Positions 21,713-32,727 of a stretch of 64,000 nucleotides of DNA are shown one piece after another. The stretch comes from Diplonema japonicum (taxonomy: Eukaryota; Protista; Euglenozoa: Diplonemea): assembly GCA_964019335.1 (NCBI GenBank), contig OZ025712.1, positions 434,001-498,000 of the forward strand, in the 5' to 3' direction. Below the pieces are notes generated by a model. The model ran no database searches. It saw only the letters and a list, made by a program, of their open reading frames with translations, and was not told the origin of the DNA. Made by a program: the position numbers and the translations under genes. Position 1 is the first letter of the stretch. Each line of letters opens with the position of its first letter.

Positions 21713-22975
21713 ATGTCGGAACCAACAAAAAAGAGGAAGACAGATGATGGGAAGAAGAAGAAAGAAGTACCAAGCGTGAATCCCAGTGGAGGGTGCGACG
21801 TGTGGCTGCCGAAGAAGAACAGGTTCTGCAGATTCGAGAAGAGCACCGGACGGTACTGCGGGCACCACATCGAGGAGCGAGTGCCTTGTCCTGTGAACCC
21901 GAACCACACAATCAAGCGCGACCAGTTAGATGAGCACGTCATCGTGTGCAGCGACAGGCACATGCTGCCCCCGGAAGACGAACCCTACTATGAAAAGGGT
22001 GTCAATGAAGGCATCAAAGGAGAAAACCCCCCAAAGAGGCCCCAGTCCACTGTTACCCTTACACCCGATTTGCTCGAGCAGCAGGTGATTGAGATCATTG
22101 AAAGTTTCACTTTGCCGTCTGACATCGAAAACTGCCGTTACACGTGGCCGCCTGGCGGAGCGGTGGAAGAAAAGGACGAGACAGCCGGCAATGATGACAA
22201 TCTCAAACACGACGAGAAGCACGAGCACCAGATAGGATCTCTGTTGGGCCACTTACACGCTGAAGGAGTTCTCCCAAGCAGGAGTGTGTCTGTAAAATTG
22301 AAAGGCCCTGTTGACTGTGAGAAGGCCGAGGCAGAGGGCGAAAACGAGGGTGAGAGTGAGAAGTACAGGTACATGGAGTTCGGGGCAGGGAAAGGTGCCC
22401 TGTCTGTTTCGATCGCGCGAGTGCTGTACGGCGAGGGAACAGAGGGTGGCAAGATAGTCCTGATCGATCGGTCCAATTTCCGGAGGAAGTGCATCCACCC
22501 TAATCTAGACAGGGTTTTCATTGATCTGCGTGACCTAAAGCTTCAGACACTCATGGGCACCGCCAAGCCCGTGGTGGGCTTCTCCAAACATCTGTGTGGC
22601 GTAGCAACAGACTACACTCTATCCTGCTTCTTAAACTCCCCCGATGTTCCCTTAGCGTGCTTGTCGATCGCCCTCTGTTGCCACCATCGGTGCATCTACA
22701 AAGACTACATCAACAGACCCTTCCTCACAGCGCTGGGGATCTACGACGAGCACTTCAAAATGCTCACTAAGATCTCGTCTTGGGCCGTTGACGGCGGCGG
22801 GAGAACTGAGGTCGAGTCGCATAAGACAAAGCTCGGGAGGAAGGCAAAACGGTTGCTAGACTTCGGCAGAATGCAGAAGATGACTGAACAAGGCTACAAG
22901 TGCAAGCTGCTGCACTACATCGACACCCGCCATACACCTGAAAACTGCCTCATGCTTATCAGTAAGACGTCTTAG
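21713..22975 (+). CDS. TRM13: tRNA:m(4)X 2'-O-methyltransferase Trm13
   Basis: N-terminal C..KKNRFC..YCGHH and CPVNPNH..HVIVC zinc fingers; EFGAGKG, KHLCGVATD, ALCCHHRC and TPEN motifs. Confidence 0.92.
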   Translation: MSEPTKKRKTDDGKKKKEVPSVNPSGGCDVWLPKKNRFCRFEKSTGRYCGHHIEERVPCPVNPNHTIKRDQLDEHVIVCSDRHMLPPEDEPYYEKGVNEGIKGENPPKRPQSTVTLTPDLLEQQVIEIIESFTLPSDIENCRYTWPPGGAVEEKDETAGNDDNLKHDEKHEHQIGSLLGHLHAEGVLPSRSVSVKLKGPVDCEKAEAEGENEGESEKYRYMEFGAGKGALSVSIARVLYGEGTEGGKIVLIDRSNFRRKCIHPNLDRVFIDLRDLKLQTLMGTAKPVVGFSKHLCGVATDYTLSCFLNSPDVPLACLSIALCCHHRCIYKDYINRPFLTALGIYDEHFKMLTKISSWAVDGGGRTEVESHKTKLGRKAKRLLDFGRMQKMTEQGYKCKLLHYIDTRHTPENCLMLISKTS

Positions 22976-23046
22976 TGAATCATCATAGATAGCAGTGCCA
23001 CTACTTAACTCATACAGGAAATGAAAAAAAGTCAAGACCAGGCACC

Positions 23047-24774
23047 ATGACACGTTTAGTGAAGCTGCTGATGGTGATCGTGGCGACATCGCTGATGGTC
23101 ACGGTGCTGACCATGCCGAAGGGGGTGCGCGAGGGGCCAGGCACTCAGCGACACGAAATAATTCAAAGTACACGAAGAAGCGTCATAGCGGTACCAATTA
23201 CGGAAGTAGGGGGATCAAGCGACATACCTAATAATTTCCAAGCACTCGGTTTCAAATCGGAGAAGTGCGCGGACGACGACAGCGAGGCGCTGAGGACAGT
23301 AACAACAGAAGGTGTGGAGGAATGTCTGGAACTCTGCAAGGAAAGAAGGAAATGCAAGTGGGTTGTTTGGAAAGATAAAGAATCTGCCTGCATCATGCTT
23401 GCTCGATGCAGTGCCGGGATGGCCTTCAGAAAGGAAACCAAAGGACCACAGGGCCCTTCTCTTACGATAAAGAGCCACAGCGATTTGAAGACCGCAGTCT
23501 GGGTCACGATACAGAACATAAAACACAAGAACTATGTCTCGCTGCCGTACGACACCAACCCAGCAGGTAGGGCAATCAAACTTGTGCCGCACGAGACACA
23601 TGCTGTTGCAGGGTGGGCGTTCCAGACAGTCCTGGGCACGTACGTGTCAGCAGAAGGCAACGGGTTCCTGTCGGCAGACAGACGCAAACCGCGCTCAATG
23701 GAACACTTCACGATAGAGTTCATTGGGAAACCCACCGACACAGGAGATGTAGCCATCATCAGGTGTACAAAGTCCAGAAAGCTAGTATTAGGCAACAAGA
23801 ACATGAAAATGCAGTCCCGTGTGGCCACCCAGGACGATTCTGCAACCCACTTTGTCATCAAGAGGACGGACCCGCCCGGACCAGATACGGTTTTGAAACA
23901 AAACAGGGACCATAACGTGTGCAAACACATCGAAACACTGGCAGGGGACCCACTACTACTCTTCACATCGCCCAAACCTGTGCAAGACGCCTACAGCGAG
24001 AGACACGCAATGGTACTCTCCAACTGGAAGCGCCTTCCTTGCTTTACGCCACTCATCATCAGCGACCACACAAACACACTTGCCGTCTCTGCAGAGCACA
24101 ACGTGGAGACAGACAACAGGCTTGAAATACAGGACAAGTATTCCCAGCCTACTTACAGGGGGCTCTTCGCAACTGCTTTCAAGCACTCGGAAGCTCGTTA
24201 CGCCATGTACTCCAACAGCGACATCATGTACTCCACGAACCTGGCAGAGACCGTTGAGGCAGTCCTGAAGTTCAAAGCAGCAGGGACCTACAAGGATGCA
24301 CCGCTGCTACTTGTTGGTCAGCGCACCAACGTGGCGGTCGACGATGACTGGGAGATGCGTGGTGACAACTGGTACGAAGCTGTAGAAGAGCTCGAGAAGA
24401 AGGGGAAGCTGTTCCAGCCAGATGCGGAGGACTTCTTCTTCGCCTCGAAGGACCTTGCCAAGTGGAAGGACATGCCTGACTTCGTTGTGGGCGGCGCTGC
24501 TTTCGACAACTGGTTTGTTGCGAAGTCCGTGAAAACGAGCAACGCCCTCACCGTCGATGTGACGAGGACCGTCACAGCAGTACACATGGATCACGAAACA
24601 CATAGAGCTTGCGGCTCCAAGTGCTCGTTGTCAACACCAAAATCAGCTTATAACACGAAGCTTGCAAACAGCCACGGAGGGACAGCCAGGGGGACAACAG
24701 GCGACTGTGAATATGCCACAGTGCGAACGCTGAAAGGGATACAAATTTTAAAAAGAGACCAATTCTACATCTAG
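23047..24774 (+). CDS. Type II membrane glycosyltransferase-like protein with PAN/apple-like and fascin-like (beta-trefoil) modules
   Basis: N-terminal anchor; ECLELCKERRKCKWVVW..CIM (PAN-like); YVSAEGNGFLSADR..EHF (fascin-like); C-terminal YSNSDI, DFFF, FVVG..FDNW typical of GT-A-like protist proteins. Confidence 0.6.
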   Translation: MTRLVKLLMVIVATSLMVTVLTMPKGVREGPGTQRHEIIQSTRRSVIAVPITEVGGSSDIPNNFQALGFKSEKCADDDSEALRTVTTEGVEECLELCKERRKCKWVVWKDKESACIMLARCSAGMAFRKETKGPQGPSLTIKSHSDLKTAVWVTIQNIKHKNYVSLPYDTNPAGRAIKLVPHETHAVAGWAFQTVLGTYVSAEGNGFLSADRRKPRSMEHFTIEFIGKPTDTGDVAIIRCTKSRKLVLGNKNMKMQSRVATQDDSATHFVIKRTDPPGPDTVLKQNRDHNVCKHIETLAGDPLLLFTSPKPVQDAYSERHAMVLSNWKRLPCFTPLIISDHTNTLAVSAEHNVETDNRLEIQDKYSQPTYRGLFATAFKHSEARYAMYSNSDIMYSTNLAETVEAVLKFKAAGTYKDAPLLLVGQRTNVAVDDDWEMRGDNWYEAVEELEKKGKLFQPDAEDFFFASKDLAKWKDMPDFVVGGAAFDNWFVAKSVKTSNALTVDVTRTVTAVHMDHETHRACGSKCSLSTPKSAYNTKLANSHGGTARGTTGDCEYATVRTLKGIQILKRDQFYI

Positions 24775-24827
24775 GATCCCTCGTTAGTCTTTATTTACAG
24801 CCCCTTATACGGCCTCAGAAGGTGTTA

Positions 24828-25952
24828 ATGAAATGCCCACGCTCAGCCAGGCTGCGTGTGAAATACCAACAAGGACAAGTGAGCATCCTCCCTGCACTCA
24901 TACAGGAGCTCGATCGTGAAGGAAACAGAAGAGGCATAGCACAGCTAAAAGCAAAATTCAAAGGGAAGGGGAATGTGGACTTGCTTGTTGCCTTTTGCAA
25001 GGTGAGGCTGGTGCCCGAGAGTCTTGCAAAGGAGGTGCACCAGCAGGTACGACACGATGTTTACGAAGATGTGGTGAAGGTGGCTATGTGTGTAAACAAG
25101 GCGCGAGTAGAGATGGCACACTTCTCTAAATTTATGGACAGGGCAGCCCGGGTGTGGACCATCGACATCAGGGCACCGTGGGACTTTGCTGTTGTGGCGC
25201 AGGCATGCGTCAATCTCCGGGTGCCGTTGCCCGTGCTGCTACCCGTAGATTACGACCTTCTAGTCTCGACAGCATGTGAATCCCCCCCCTCATCTTTGGT
25301 TTCAGCCGCGTTGGTTGGCGTGGACCACGGTCTCCCGCCTGACCTCATGCACACAGTTACTACAGAACTTGCAGCACGCAAGTCTATTTCCTTCTCTCAG
25401 TACGAAACATCTCTTGTATCATGGTTTGCATCTCAATATAAGCACCCTGAAGCGCTGTCGGTGCTGAACGCGTGTTTTAGAGCAGCTTCACAGTGGACTG
25501 TAGACTCACGTGACAGTCGTGTGGGTTATAAATACTCCACTATTCTGTTTGCTGGCCATGCCATGGGTGTCATCACTGCCCCCATCCTGGACAGAATCCT
25601 CGTTCATGCCTTACAGGACGGACTACGGTTCTGGAAACCGCAGCATCTCTTGAGCATTGTCATGGCATGTTCTCTACATCTCAAGCAGTCAGGGGACAGG
25701 CACCCTTTGCTTCAGCACCTTGCCACTCATATCACGCCCACTATGGTTCCACTCTTCGTTGCTAATATTATGCTCCAATACTGGCCGTGTCCACCCCCAC
25801 CTGCTCTGGCTGAAGGCATCATTCTCCGCAAATCCTGCCTCCCCCCACTTGACCGCAGGAATGCTTCACTGCTTAAGCGCCACGGCAAGCCGCGTGAAAA
25901 CCCGCACCCCTTGAAGCAATACGAGAAAAACCGCGACTGGAGGTGGGAGTAG
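24828..25952 (+). CDS. Hypothetical helical-repeat-like protein
   Basis: 374-aa ORF in the gene-dense array; no family recognised. Confidence 0.6.
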   Translation: MKCPRSARLRVKYQQGQVSILPALIQELDREGNRRGIAQLKAKFKGKGNVDLLVAFCKVRLVPESLAKEVHQQVRHDVYEDVVKVAMCVNKARVEMAHFSKFMDRAARVWTIDIRAPWDFAVVAQACVNLRVPLPVLLPVDYDLLVSTACESPPSSLVSAALVGVDHGLPPDLMHTVTTELAARKSISFSQYETSLVSWFASQYKHPEALSVLNACFRAASQWTVDSRDSRVGYKYSTILFAGHAMGVITAPILDRILVHALQDGLRFWKPQHLLSIVMACSLHLKQSGDRHPLLQHLATHITPTMVPLFVANIMLQYWPCPPPPALAEGIILRKSCLPPLDRRNASLLKRHGKPRENPHPLKQYEKNRDWRWE

Positions 25953-25997
25953 TTATTGACATGGAATTCATACTTACTTACTTGCAACAGGATACAC

Positions 25998-28100
25998 ATG
26001 GGGTTGACGCAGACTAAGGAGGTCGCAAGGGACGTGGTATCGCCGTTGGAGATAACAGAAGAGAAGAATGGCAAATGCATCTGGCAAGGGTGGGACGTGG
26101 GAAGCGGCGGATGCAGGGTGACTGTGGTCGACGGCTGCCGCAACTTGTACATGGACTGGAAGGAGAGGGTAAGGTGTGACAGCTGCTGGGATGGTGAAGG
26201 TCTGCTGCTGATAACGTCTGATGGTACGGAGGTGGCTTTCGACAACACTGAGGAGTGGGAAGAACCATCAAGCGCCTCTTGCAGCGACAACTATTGTGTG
26301 CACACGGCTGTTCTAGCAGGTGCCATGGGTATCCTCACTGTCGCGGGAGAACACGAGGCTCGCGTGTGTGACGATAGGCTCAGCGAAGTGACTTCCCAGC
26401 CGCCTGAGCTACACAACATCGAACCCCCAATAGCTGCAGAGGGCGAGTGGGTCAACGTTGTGGGGAATCTGTTCGGCGGCTGCTCTGCTAAGCACGTACA
26501 TGTCTTGTGTGGTCTCGACTCTTCTGGCACCGGGCCCTGTTTGGCCACCGATGTCATCAGGGTCAATCACAAGGTGGTCAGATTTAAGGTGCCTTCTGGG
26601 GTACAGTCTGTCTGCCCTATTATCATTGCATGCCCTTTCGGGAGGTCTCGCAACAAATCAGTGCTGGAGGTTCGACAACCGGAATTGCAGGCATCACTGG
26701 TTTTGAAGTCAATCGAGGCGCCCTATGATGATATGGGGTGCTACACCATCTGCGGTGCTGGCTTCACGGAGGACATCACCGTGTCTGTCAACGGCCATGT
26801 CTTACCAAAGGAGAGCTGGGAGCTGAGAAGCGATGAGCACATCACAGCAGAAGCAGACCTCTCCGACCTCGACGGGGTGCTGACAGCGGCAGTGTGGAAC
26901 GATTCGCAAACAGCTTCTGTGGTATCTACGGTGGCACCTTCGCAGTCGGCATGCACCGCCGCGCTGCCATGCACACTGCAAACGTGGTGCCTGGCCCCCG
27001 ACAAGGTGACGTGTAACGGTGTCCCCATGCGACACTTTGTCAGGTGCCTGTACCGCATTGGCGCGTTGGCTAGGTACAAGATGCACCTCGGCACCCCGAG
27101 TTGTGAGTCTGTGATACCAGAAAGCATCAAACTAACTCTTGAGGACTACCGCGCCTTGTGCAAAGCGCAGGAACTGACAGAACAGTACTACTTCTGCAAG
27201 ACGCAACGTGGGGGTACAGGTGTTGCTGTGCTTTTTAAATCCCTGGGCAACATGCTCTGGAAAGCTGCTGAAAGTTTCGGACTGCCTGAGCTCGTGCAGG
27301 GCGGCTACAAAGAAGGCGATGTGCTGTTCTACGACTTGCAGAGCAGGACGGCTTTGGGTGATGTTGAGCTGCGCGACGCCTCTGCATCTGCCTTCTTCAG
27401 GTTGCAAAAGACATATGACAGGTTCTCGCACTCGGGGGTCTTCATCCGCAAAAAATCGCGGCCAGCCATCTTCCACGGGCTTCGGACCCGCGTGAAGGAC
27501 CTGACCGTGCCCGCTGCATTCGCATATATGCCTAAACGCGAAGTTGACTTGAGAAAGGTGTTCTTCAGGTTTAGGTACCTCCCGGAGACAATGCAAGAAA
27601 AGATGGACATGTGGTACAGGGAAGCGGTGTGCAGGAGAGCGAAGCAAGGACAGCTAATACTAAACGACTGTGCAGATCTATGGGACATTATAAAAGTTGT
27701 GCGATCCATTCCAGGTAGGCAAAGCCAAGCCCTGTCCGTGGTGGGCGACCCAGGTGTGCTCGGCAGGGGCGACACCGTGCGCATCATGTGTTCAGCCTTC
27801 ACAGCGTCCATTTTACTAGAGTCCTTCCTTGAGATGGAGACCAAACTGCACTCTATTGCAGCACAAGAGGAAGATCTCTCTACAAGGAACCTGTACCTGT
27901 CCGTGACCGTGCACCCGTCGCTGGTCATCGACACGCTGTCGCTCCCGCCCAAGCTACTGCACAAGTGGAATGTGTGGCGCGATACCCTGTCATCTCCGCC
28001 GCTGCTCCTTGCCATCTCCGCCAGTGATGTGCACAGCTCCTTCCGCGCCCTTCGAGCGCTGCAGTTATGTGATGACGACCTCATCAAGAATCTATCCTAA
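25998..28100 (+). CDS. Myristoylation-motif protein with IPT/TIG-like repeats and a permuted papain-like (NlpC/P60, YiiX/YebB-type) domain
   Basis: MGLTQTK start after a CAG; GEWVNVVGNLF and TICGAGF (IPT-like); GDVLF..FSHSGVFI...IMCSAFTA (His-before-Cys order). Confidence 0.6.
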   Translation: MGLTQTKEVARDVVSPLEITEEKNGKCIWQGWDVGSGGCRVTVVDGCRNLYMDWKERVRCDSCWDGEGLLLITSDGTEVAFDNTEEWEEPSSASCSDNYCVHTAVLAGAMGILTVAGEHEARVCDDRLSEVTSQPPELHNIEPPIAAEGEWVNVVGNLFGGCSAKHVHVLCGLDSSGTGPCLATDVIRVNHKVVRFKVPSGVQSVCPIIIACPFGRSRNKSVLEVRQPELQASLVLKSIEAPYDDMGCYTICGAGFTEDITVSVNGHVLPKESWELRSDEHITAEADLSDLDGVLTAAVWNDSQTASVVSTVAPSQSACTAALPCTLQTWCLAPDKVTCNGVPMRHFVRCLYRIGALARYKMHLGTPSCESVIPESIKLTLEDYRALCKAQELTEQYYFCKTQRGGTGVAVLFKSLGNMLWKAAESFGLPELVQGGYKEGDVLFYDLQSRTALGDVELRDASASAFFRLQKTYDRFSHSGVFIRKKSRPAIFHGLRTRVKDLTVPAAFAYMPKREVDLRKVFFRFRYLPETMQEKMDMWYREAVCRRAKQGQLILNDCADLWDIIKVVRSIPGRQSQALSVVGDPGVLGRGDTVRIMCSAFTASILLESFLEMETKLHSIAAQEEDLSTRNLYLSVTVHPSLVIDTLSLPPKLLHKWNVWRDTLSSPPLLLAISASDVHSSFRALRALQLCDDDLIKNLS

Positions 28101-28217
28101 ATATTTTAATAGTACGTTTGGCAACGCAAGCCGCTGTGGGAGTCTGTTGGGTTTTCTACTTGTCACGTAACCCCCCTGCATAAACATCATAGCGTTTAAT
28201 AAACAAAAGAAATAAAA

Positions 28218-28649
28218 ATGGTTAACGCGTGGACCGAGCTGAAGAAGAACCGTACCGTGGTATGTTAGACAGAAAAAAGGGGGGGTCCACAAACAATAAC
28301 AGACCCCTGCCACGGGTGCCGGTGTCCGTGTTGGTCTCAAGAAGGGTTACGCTACCACCAAGACTTCGCGTTCGGTGAACCCCGCCAAGAGGCAGGCCCT
28401 CCACAAGAAGAAGCTTGAGGCCTGCAGGGAGATCATCCTGGAGGTATGAAACACATATAAGTAAACACATACTTGCAGGTTGCTGGTCTCTCCCCCTACG
28501 AGAGGCGTATGACCGAACTTCTCAAGGTTCAGCGTGAGAAGCGTGCCCTGCGATTCGCCAAGAGGAGGCTTGGATCGTACATCCGTGGTAAGAAGAAGAG
28601 GGAGCTTGTCTCCACCATGATGCGCAAGCAGGCCGCCAAGAAGAAGTAA
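28218..28649 (+). CDS. RPL36: 60S ribosomal protein L36 (eL36)
   Basis: Not in the ORF track. Exons 28218-28259, 28303-28443 and 28479-28649 give [46 protein letters not shown]. Confidence 0.95.
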
Positions 28650-28722
28650 GCACATAGTACATCATTGAGCCATTTTTATTTTGCGATGCACTTTACCCCC
28701 ACTCACTCACACACAGGTTGGG

Positions 28723-30562
28723 ATGTCGTTCCAACAGACACCAGGGCGCTTCAACGCCAATGACTTTAAATCAATGCTTAGCAAGAAGACAGGGCAAACG
28801 GATTTGGAGAAGCAAAAGGTGATCAAAAGCGCACCGAAGCGACAAGAGCCTAAGATAAAGAAGCAAGCAGTGAACAAGAAATCTAGCAGTGGTGGTGGCA
28901 TGCTGCCGCCCGGTAAGCCGGCCAATCGGTCAGCAACGAGGTACCAAAACACGCCGTACAAGGACAGGGCAGCGGAAAGGCAGGCAGGTGGTAGTTCTGA
29001 ATACGCTGATGACGAGAAGCTGCTAAACAGAGTGGGTCTTACCCCGATGGGGCGCAGCAGCAGTACCCCCATGGGCATGGGTATGGGGTCGCAGTTCCTA
29101 ATGACCCCGGCAGGCAGAGTTGCGATAGACGACATAGAGAAATTAGGTATTAAAAGCAAGTCTGGTTCGTTCGAGAACCCAGAGGCGCAGGAGACGGAAC
29201 AGAATTCTGAAGAGCGCCAGAACCTGATCAATGAGGAGATCGAGAAATCGAAACTGCTGGGCGGCGATGATAAGCACACGCATCTTGTGAAAGGAGTGGA
29301 CTTTGCCATGCTTGCGAAGGAGAGAGCAAGAATCCAAGAGCAGGAGGTGAAGCGCAAGGAAGAGGAAGCAGTCCAAAAAGCCTCGCAGCAAGAGCTTCTT
29401 GACACTATTAAGAAGAGTGTTAAGAAGGTTGTAGGTCAAAAGGTACCACGGACAAAGAGCCTCGCGGAAGCAGCAGTATTCAAAACTACGTTAGGGAGGG
29501 ACGTCTTCAACATGATTGCAGACGGGGTGGGTGTGAGGTCCCTCCCACGCCTCGCCGGGCGGTCCTTCGTGTTCGACCTCTCGGCAGACGCCATTTCTGA
29601 CGTGCCGCGTACGTCGATCACCAGCTCACTGCTCGGCTCGAAGGGGCCTGTCATGTGCAAGTCATCTGCACCCGAAGGCGTGCTGCAGAACATCTCATAC
29701 ATCATTGACCAGAGGTCCGCGGGGGCCTACGGCACTGCACGGACGCGGCAAAAGGAACGCGAGGCTAAACGCCGCGAAGAGCTCGTGAGGCGTGAGAAAG
29801 AAAAGTTGGAAGCAAAATCCGAGAAGTTGGAAATGAGTTTAGTGGGAGAGATGAAGGCAAAAGCACCACAGAAGGAGGAGAAGAAGGAATCGGAACAAAA
29901 ACCACAAGACGACGAAAGCGAAGGAGGGATCTTCTCAGACGAAGGGGGCATGTCGGGGCTAGAGTCCAGCGACACCGACAGCGACAGCGAAGAGGAGAAC
30001 GAAGCGGAGGAAGGCGCAAAGGAAGGCGATGTGAAAACAGGTGGTTTCTTCGGTGACAAAACTGTGTCTGTACTGCCGGTGGCTGCAGATGACGACACAG
30101 CAGCGCTGATGGCGGACTTGGAACCTGTAACACAGAAGCCACCCCCACAGCAGCCCAAACAAACGCTGGAGAGGCTACCACAGGCTTCCTCTGCATATGG
30201 TGAGTGTTTCCCCGACACCTATGGCGGGCCTGATCTGGAGGGCTTTGCAGCAGGGCTGAATGAGGTGGATGAAGTTGACATCGAGAGAGAGGAACTGGAC
30301 GACACGCGGCTCGACAAGGAGGCTAGCACGAAGTATGCAATGAAAATGAAGGGCCACAACAAACCACAGAGAAATGAACCGGAAGAAGCAGTCACGTGAG
30401 AACCAAATTCAGCTGGAGCTGAAGAGGATGGAGATGTATGCCTTTACCACTTCAAGCAACAAAACACACGACAGGGATAGCAGCAAAAAGAGGACGAGCA
30501 CCCCGCCACAAAACGAGCCTAAGAGGCAAAAGCTTGACGCACGCGGGGATCCCTTGCTTTGA
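28723..30562 (+). CDS. IK: Spliceosomal protein RED/IK
   Basis: [31 protein letters not shown] and AYGECFP motifs; introns 30333-30369 and 30436-30474 extend the CDS to TGA 30562. Confidence 0.85.
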
Positions 30563-30620
30563 TTTTTTATCTCTTATATCTTATAATCATTATCTCTTTC
30601 ACCTTATTCAACAGGAAAGG

Positions 30621-30925
30621 ATGATTATCCCTATTAGATGCTTTACATGCGCGAAGGTCATTGGCAATAAGAGAGATCAGTTTTTGAACCTAGTGAAAAA
30701 TGACCACCCAGAAGGAGAGGCTCTGGATGCCATTGGGCTCACCAGGTAATTGCACACACGTAACATCACGACCACAGGTATTGCTGCAGGCGTATGATGC
30801 TCACGCACGTCGATCTGGTGCCTATTTTGTTGAAGTACAGTGGTGACAGAAAGGATGTTCCGGAGAACTTGGTGCAGAACCCGACGGCTTACGGTACTGG
30901 GTACGACTTGCAGGCCGTGCGGTAG
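30621..30925 (+). CDS. RPB10: RNA polymerase I/II/III subunit RPABC5
   Basis: [17 protein letters not shown]...[16 protein letters not shown]; 32-nt intron 30746-30777; C-terminal extension. Confidence 0.95.
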
Positions 30926-31074
30926 TGTTAAGTAATGTAGTTACTGTTTGCATTGTAGTATTCACGCCAGCTGTGCTAGTTGGCATGTTGGGACGACTTT
31001 ATTTACCTTGTTGAAGATAACCCCACCCTCCATAACTTTTGACTTCACGATTACAACAGGAACAAAGACAAACA

Positions 31075-32727
31075 ATGGCAGTGTTGGCTCTTAGTTGTCT
31101 TGCACTGAGCTTGGGAGCGACTCAGCATGACTACACCCAGACGGTGTCAGGCACGGGGACCATCTTGCTGGGCACCGGAAGATACGTGAAGGTGAACACG
31201 TGGACATCAGGGTCAGCCTGTGCTACAATGAAGGTCCAGTACACTGAAGTAAATGGGACAACCATCTTTGAATCCGACAACCTCTCGGCAGCCAGCATCT
31301 CCGCAACGACTCCTTACTACTTCAAGTCGCACGGCACTCCCGATCGCACGGTATGCATTGTGGGCATTGTAGTCACCACCACAACAGTTCTCGATGGCAT
31401 ACACTGTGACTAGCGTGGGCACCTGCAGCTTGGCATTCAACGCAAGGTATGCACATGAAACACAACAAGCATCCACGCAGGGTGAAGAGACCCGAGGACC
31501 TGCACTGTATCAACGACGCTGACCTTCTGCAAGAAATGCAGGGCGGCGGCCACATCCCGGGACAGAGCGACGAAGGGTTCCCCAGGCACCACCAAAGGCT
31601 GTACAGCAGGGAGACCACGACCGTCCCCAGCAACTCCAGCTCCTCTAGCCTTGTCGCTGAGGTATGACTCATGTGAATCCGCATCACATCACAGGACGCC
31701 GACACGAGCATCGTGTACTTCGGCCTTGGCATTGGCCCCATGCTGGAGATGAGCTGCCTCCACGCTTTCACGACCCCCTCCCAGTACTACGCTGCTGGTG
31801 TCAACGACGTGTGCAGGGCGCAGATGACCGGCACCGACGCGGTATGACACACACAACAAGCACCCGTGCACAGGTGCACGCCTCAGTGCAGCACAACGTG
31901 TACATCAAGGAGGGCTACGACTGCAACGCCTTCACTGACGCCACCCGAGGCAACACCCTTGCTGTGGGCCTCTTCGGTAATGACGAGACAGAGCGTGCCG
32001 TCTACGGTACGTGCTGCTCGATGACAAACGCGTCTACCTGCAACTCCGTGTGGACCCTTGTGTCTGGTACCAACACCAGGGCATGCTTCTGGGTGGAGGC
32101 CGAGGGGACCTGCTACCCTGAGTACAGCTCGACCTTAGTCGACATGCAGGGCCTGGTGGGGCTCAATGACACTTTGAACATTGCCTCCTCAGAGGTGCAT
32201 AAGCCCAAGTCTACCTACGTGACCGACCCGGACCTTCTTGCTGACGCATACCAGGGCGTGACTGCCAGGAGGTGGTGGCTGGTGGTGCAGAACACCGTGG
32301 CCGTTGCAGCACCTCTTGAGTGCGGTACCACCGTGACCGTGTCGTACATCTCGACCACCACTGGCGGGCAGTGCGAGCCCTCTAGCAGGGTATGCCTTCA
32401 TACACACAACACAAACAACAGAACCTGTGCGACAACACGATGGCCACGTGCATGGCACTGCCCACCGTGGAGACCACCACCCCTGTCTACTGGGAGGCCG
32501 CCATCCCTGCAGCTGATGCCATCAGGAACGACAAGTTCCACACATGCAACTGCCTGAAGCAGAAGGAAGTGTGCTACCGCAAGGGCGGTTGCATCAGCAC
32601 AAAGAAGTACCAGCTGATCCTCCAGAACTGCCTTGACCAGGGCTGTGGGGACTACTGCAACAGCGGTGCGGGGCTGGTGGCGTCGCTTGCGATGACCATC
32701 TTCGCTGTCCTGGCAGTGATGCTGTGA
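31075..32727 (+). CDS. Cys/Thr-rich predicted GPI-anchored surface protein, paralog A
   Basis: Signal peptide. Five introns (31351-31387, 31447-31480, 31662-31694, 31842-31873, 32390-32421) give one open frame ending in CNSGAGLVASLAMTIFAVLAVML (GPI-signal-like). Confidence 0.8.

Noticed and set aside
21713-22975. Functional link between TRM13 and the C33 tRNAs
   Set aside because: Trm13 methylates position 4; co-location in a polycistronic array implies nothing.
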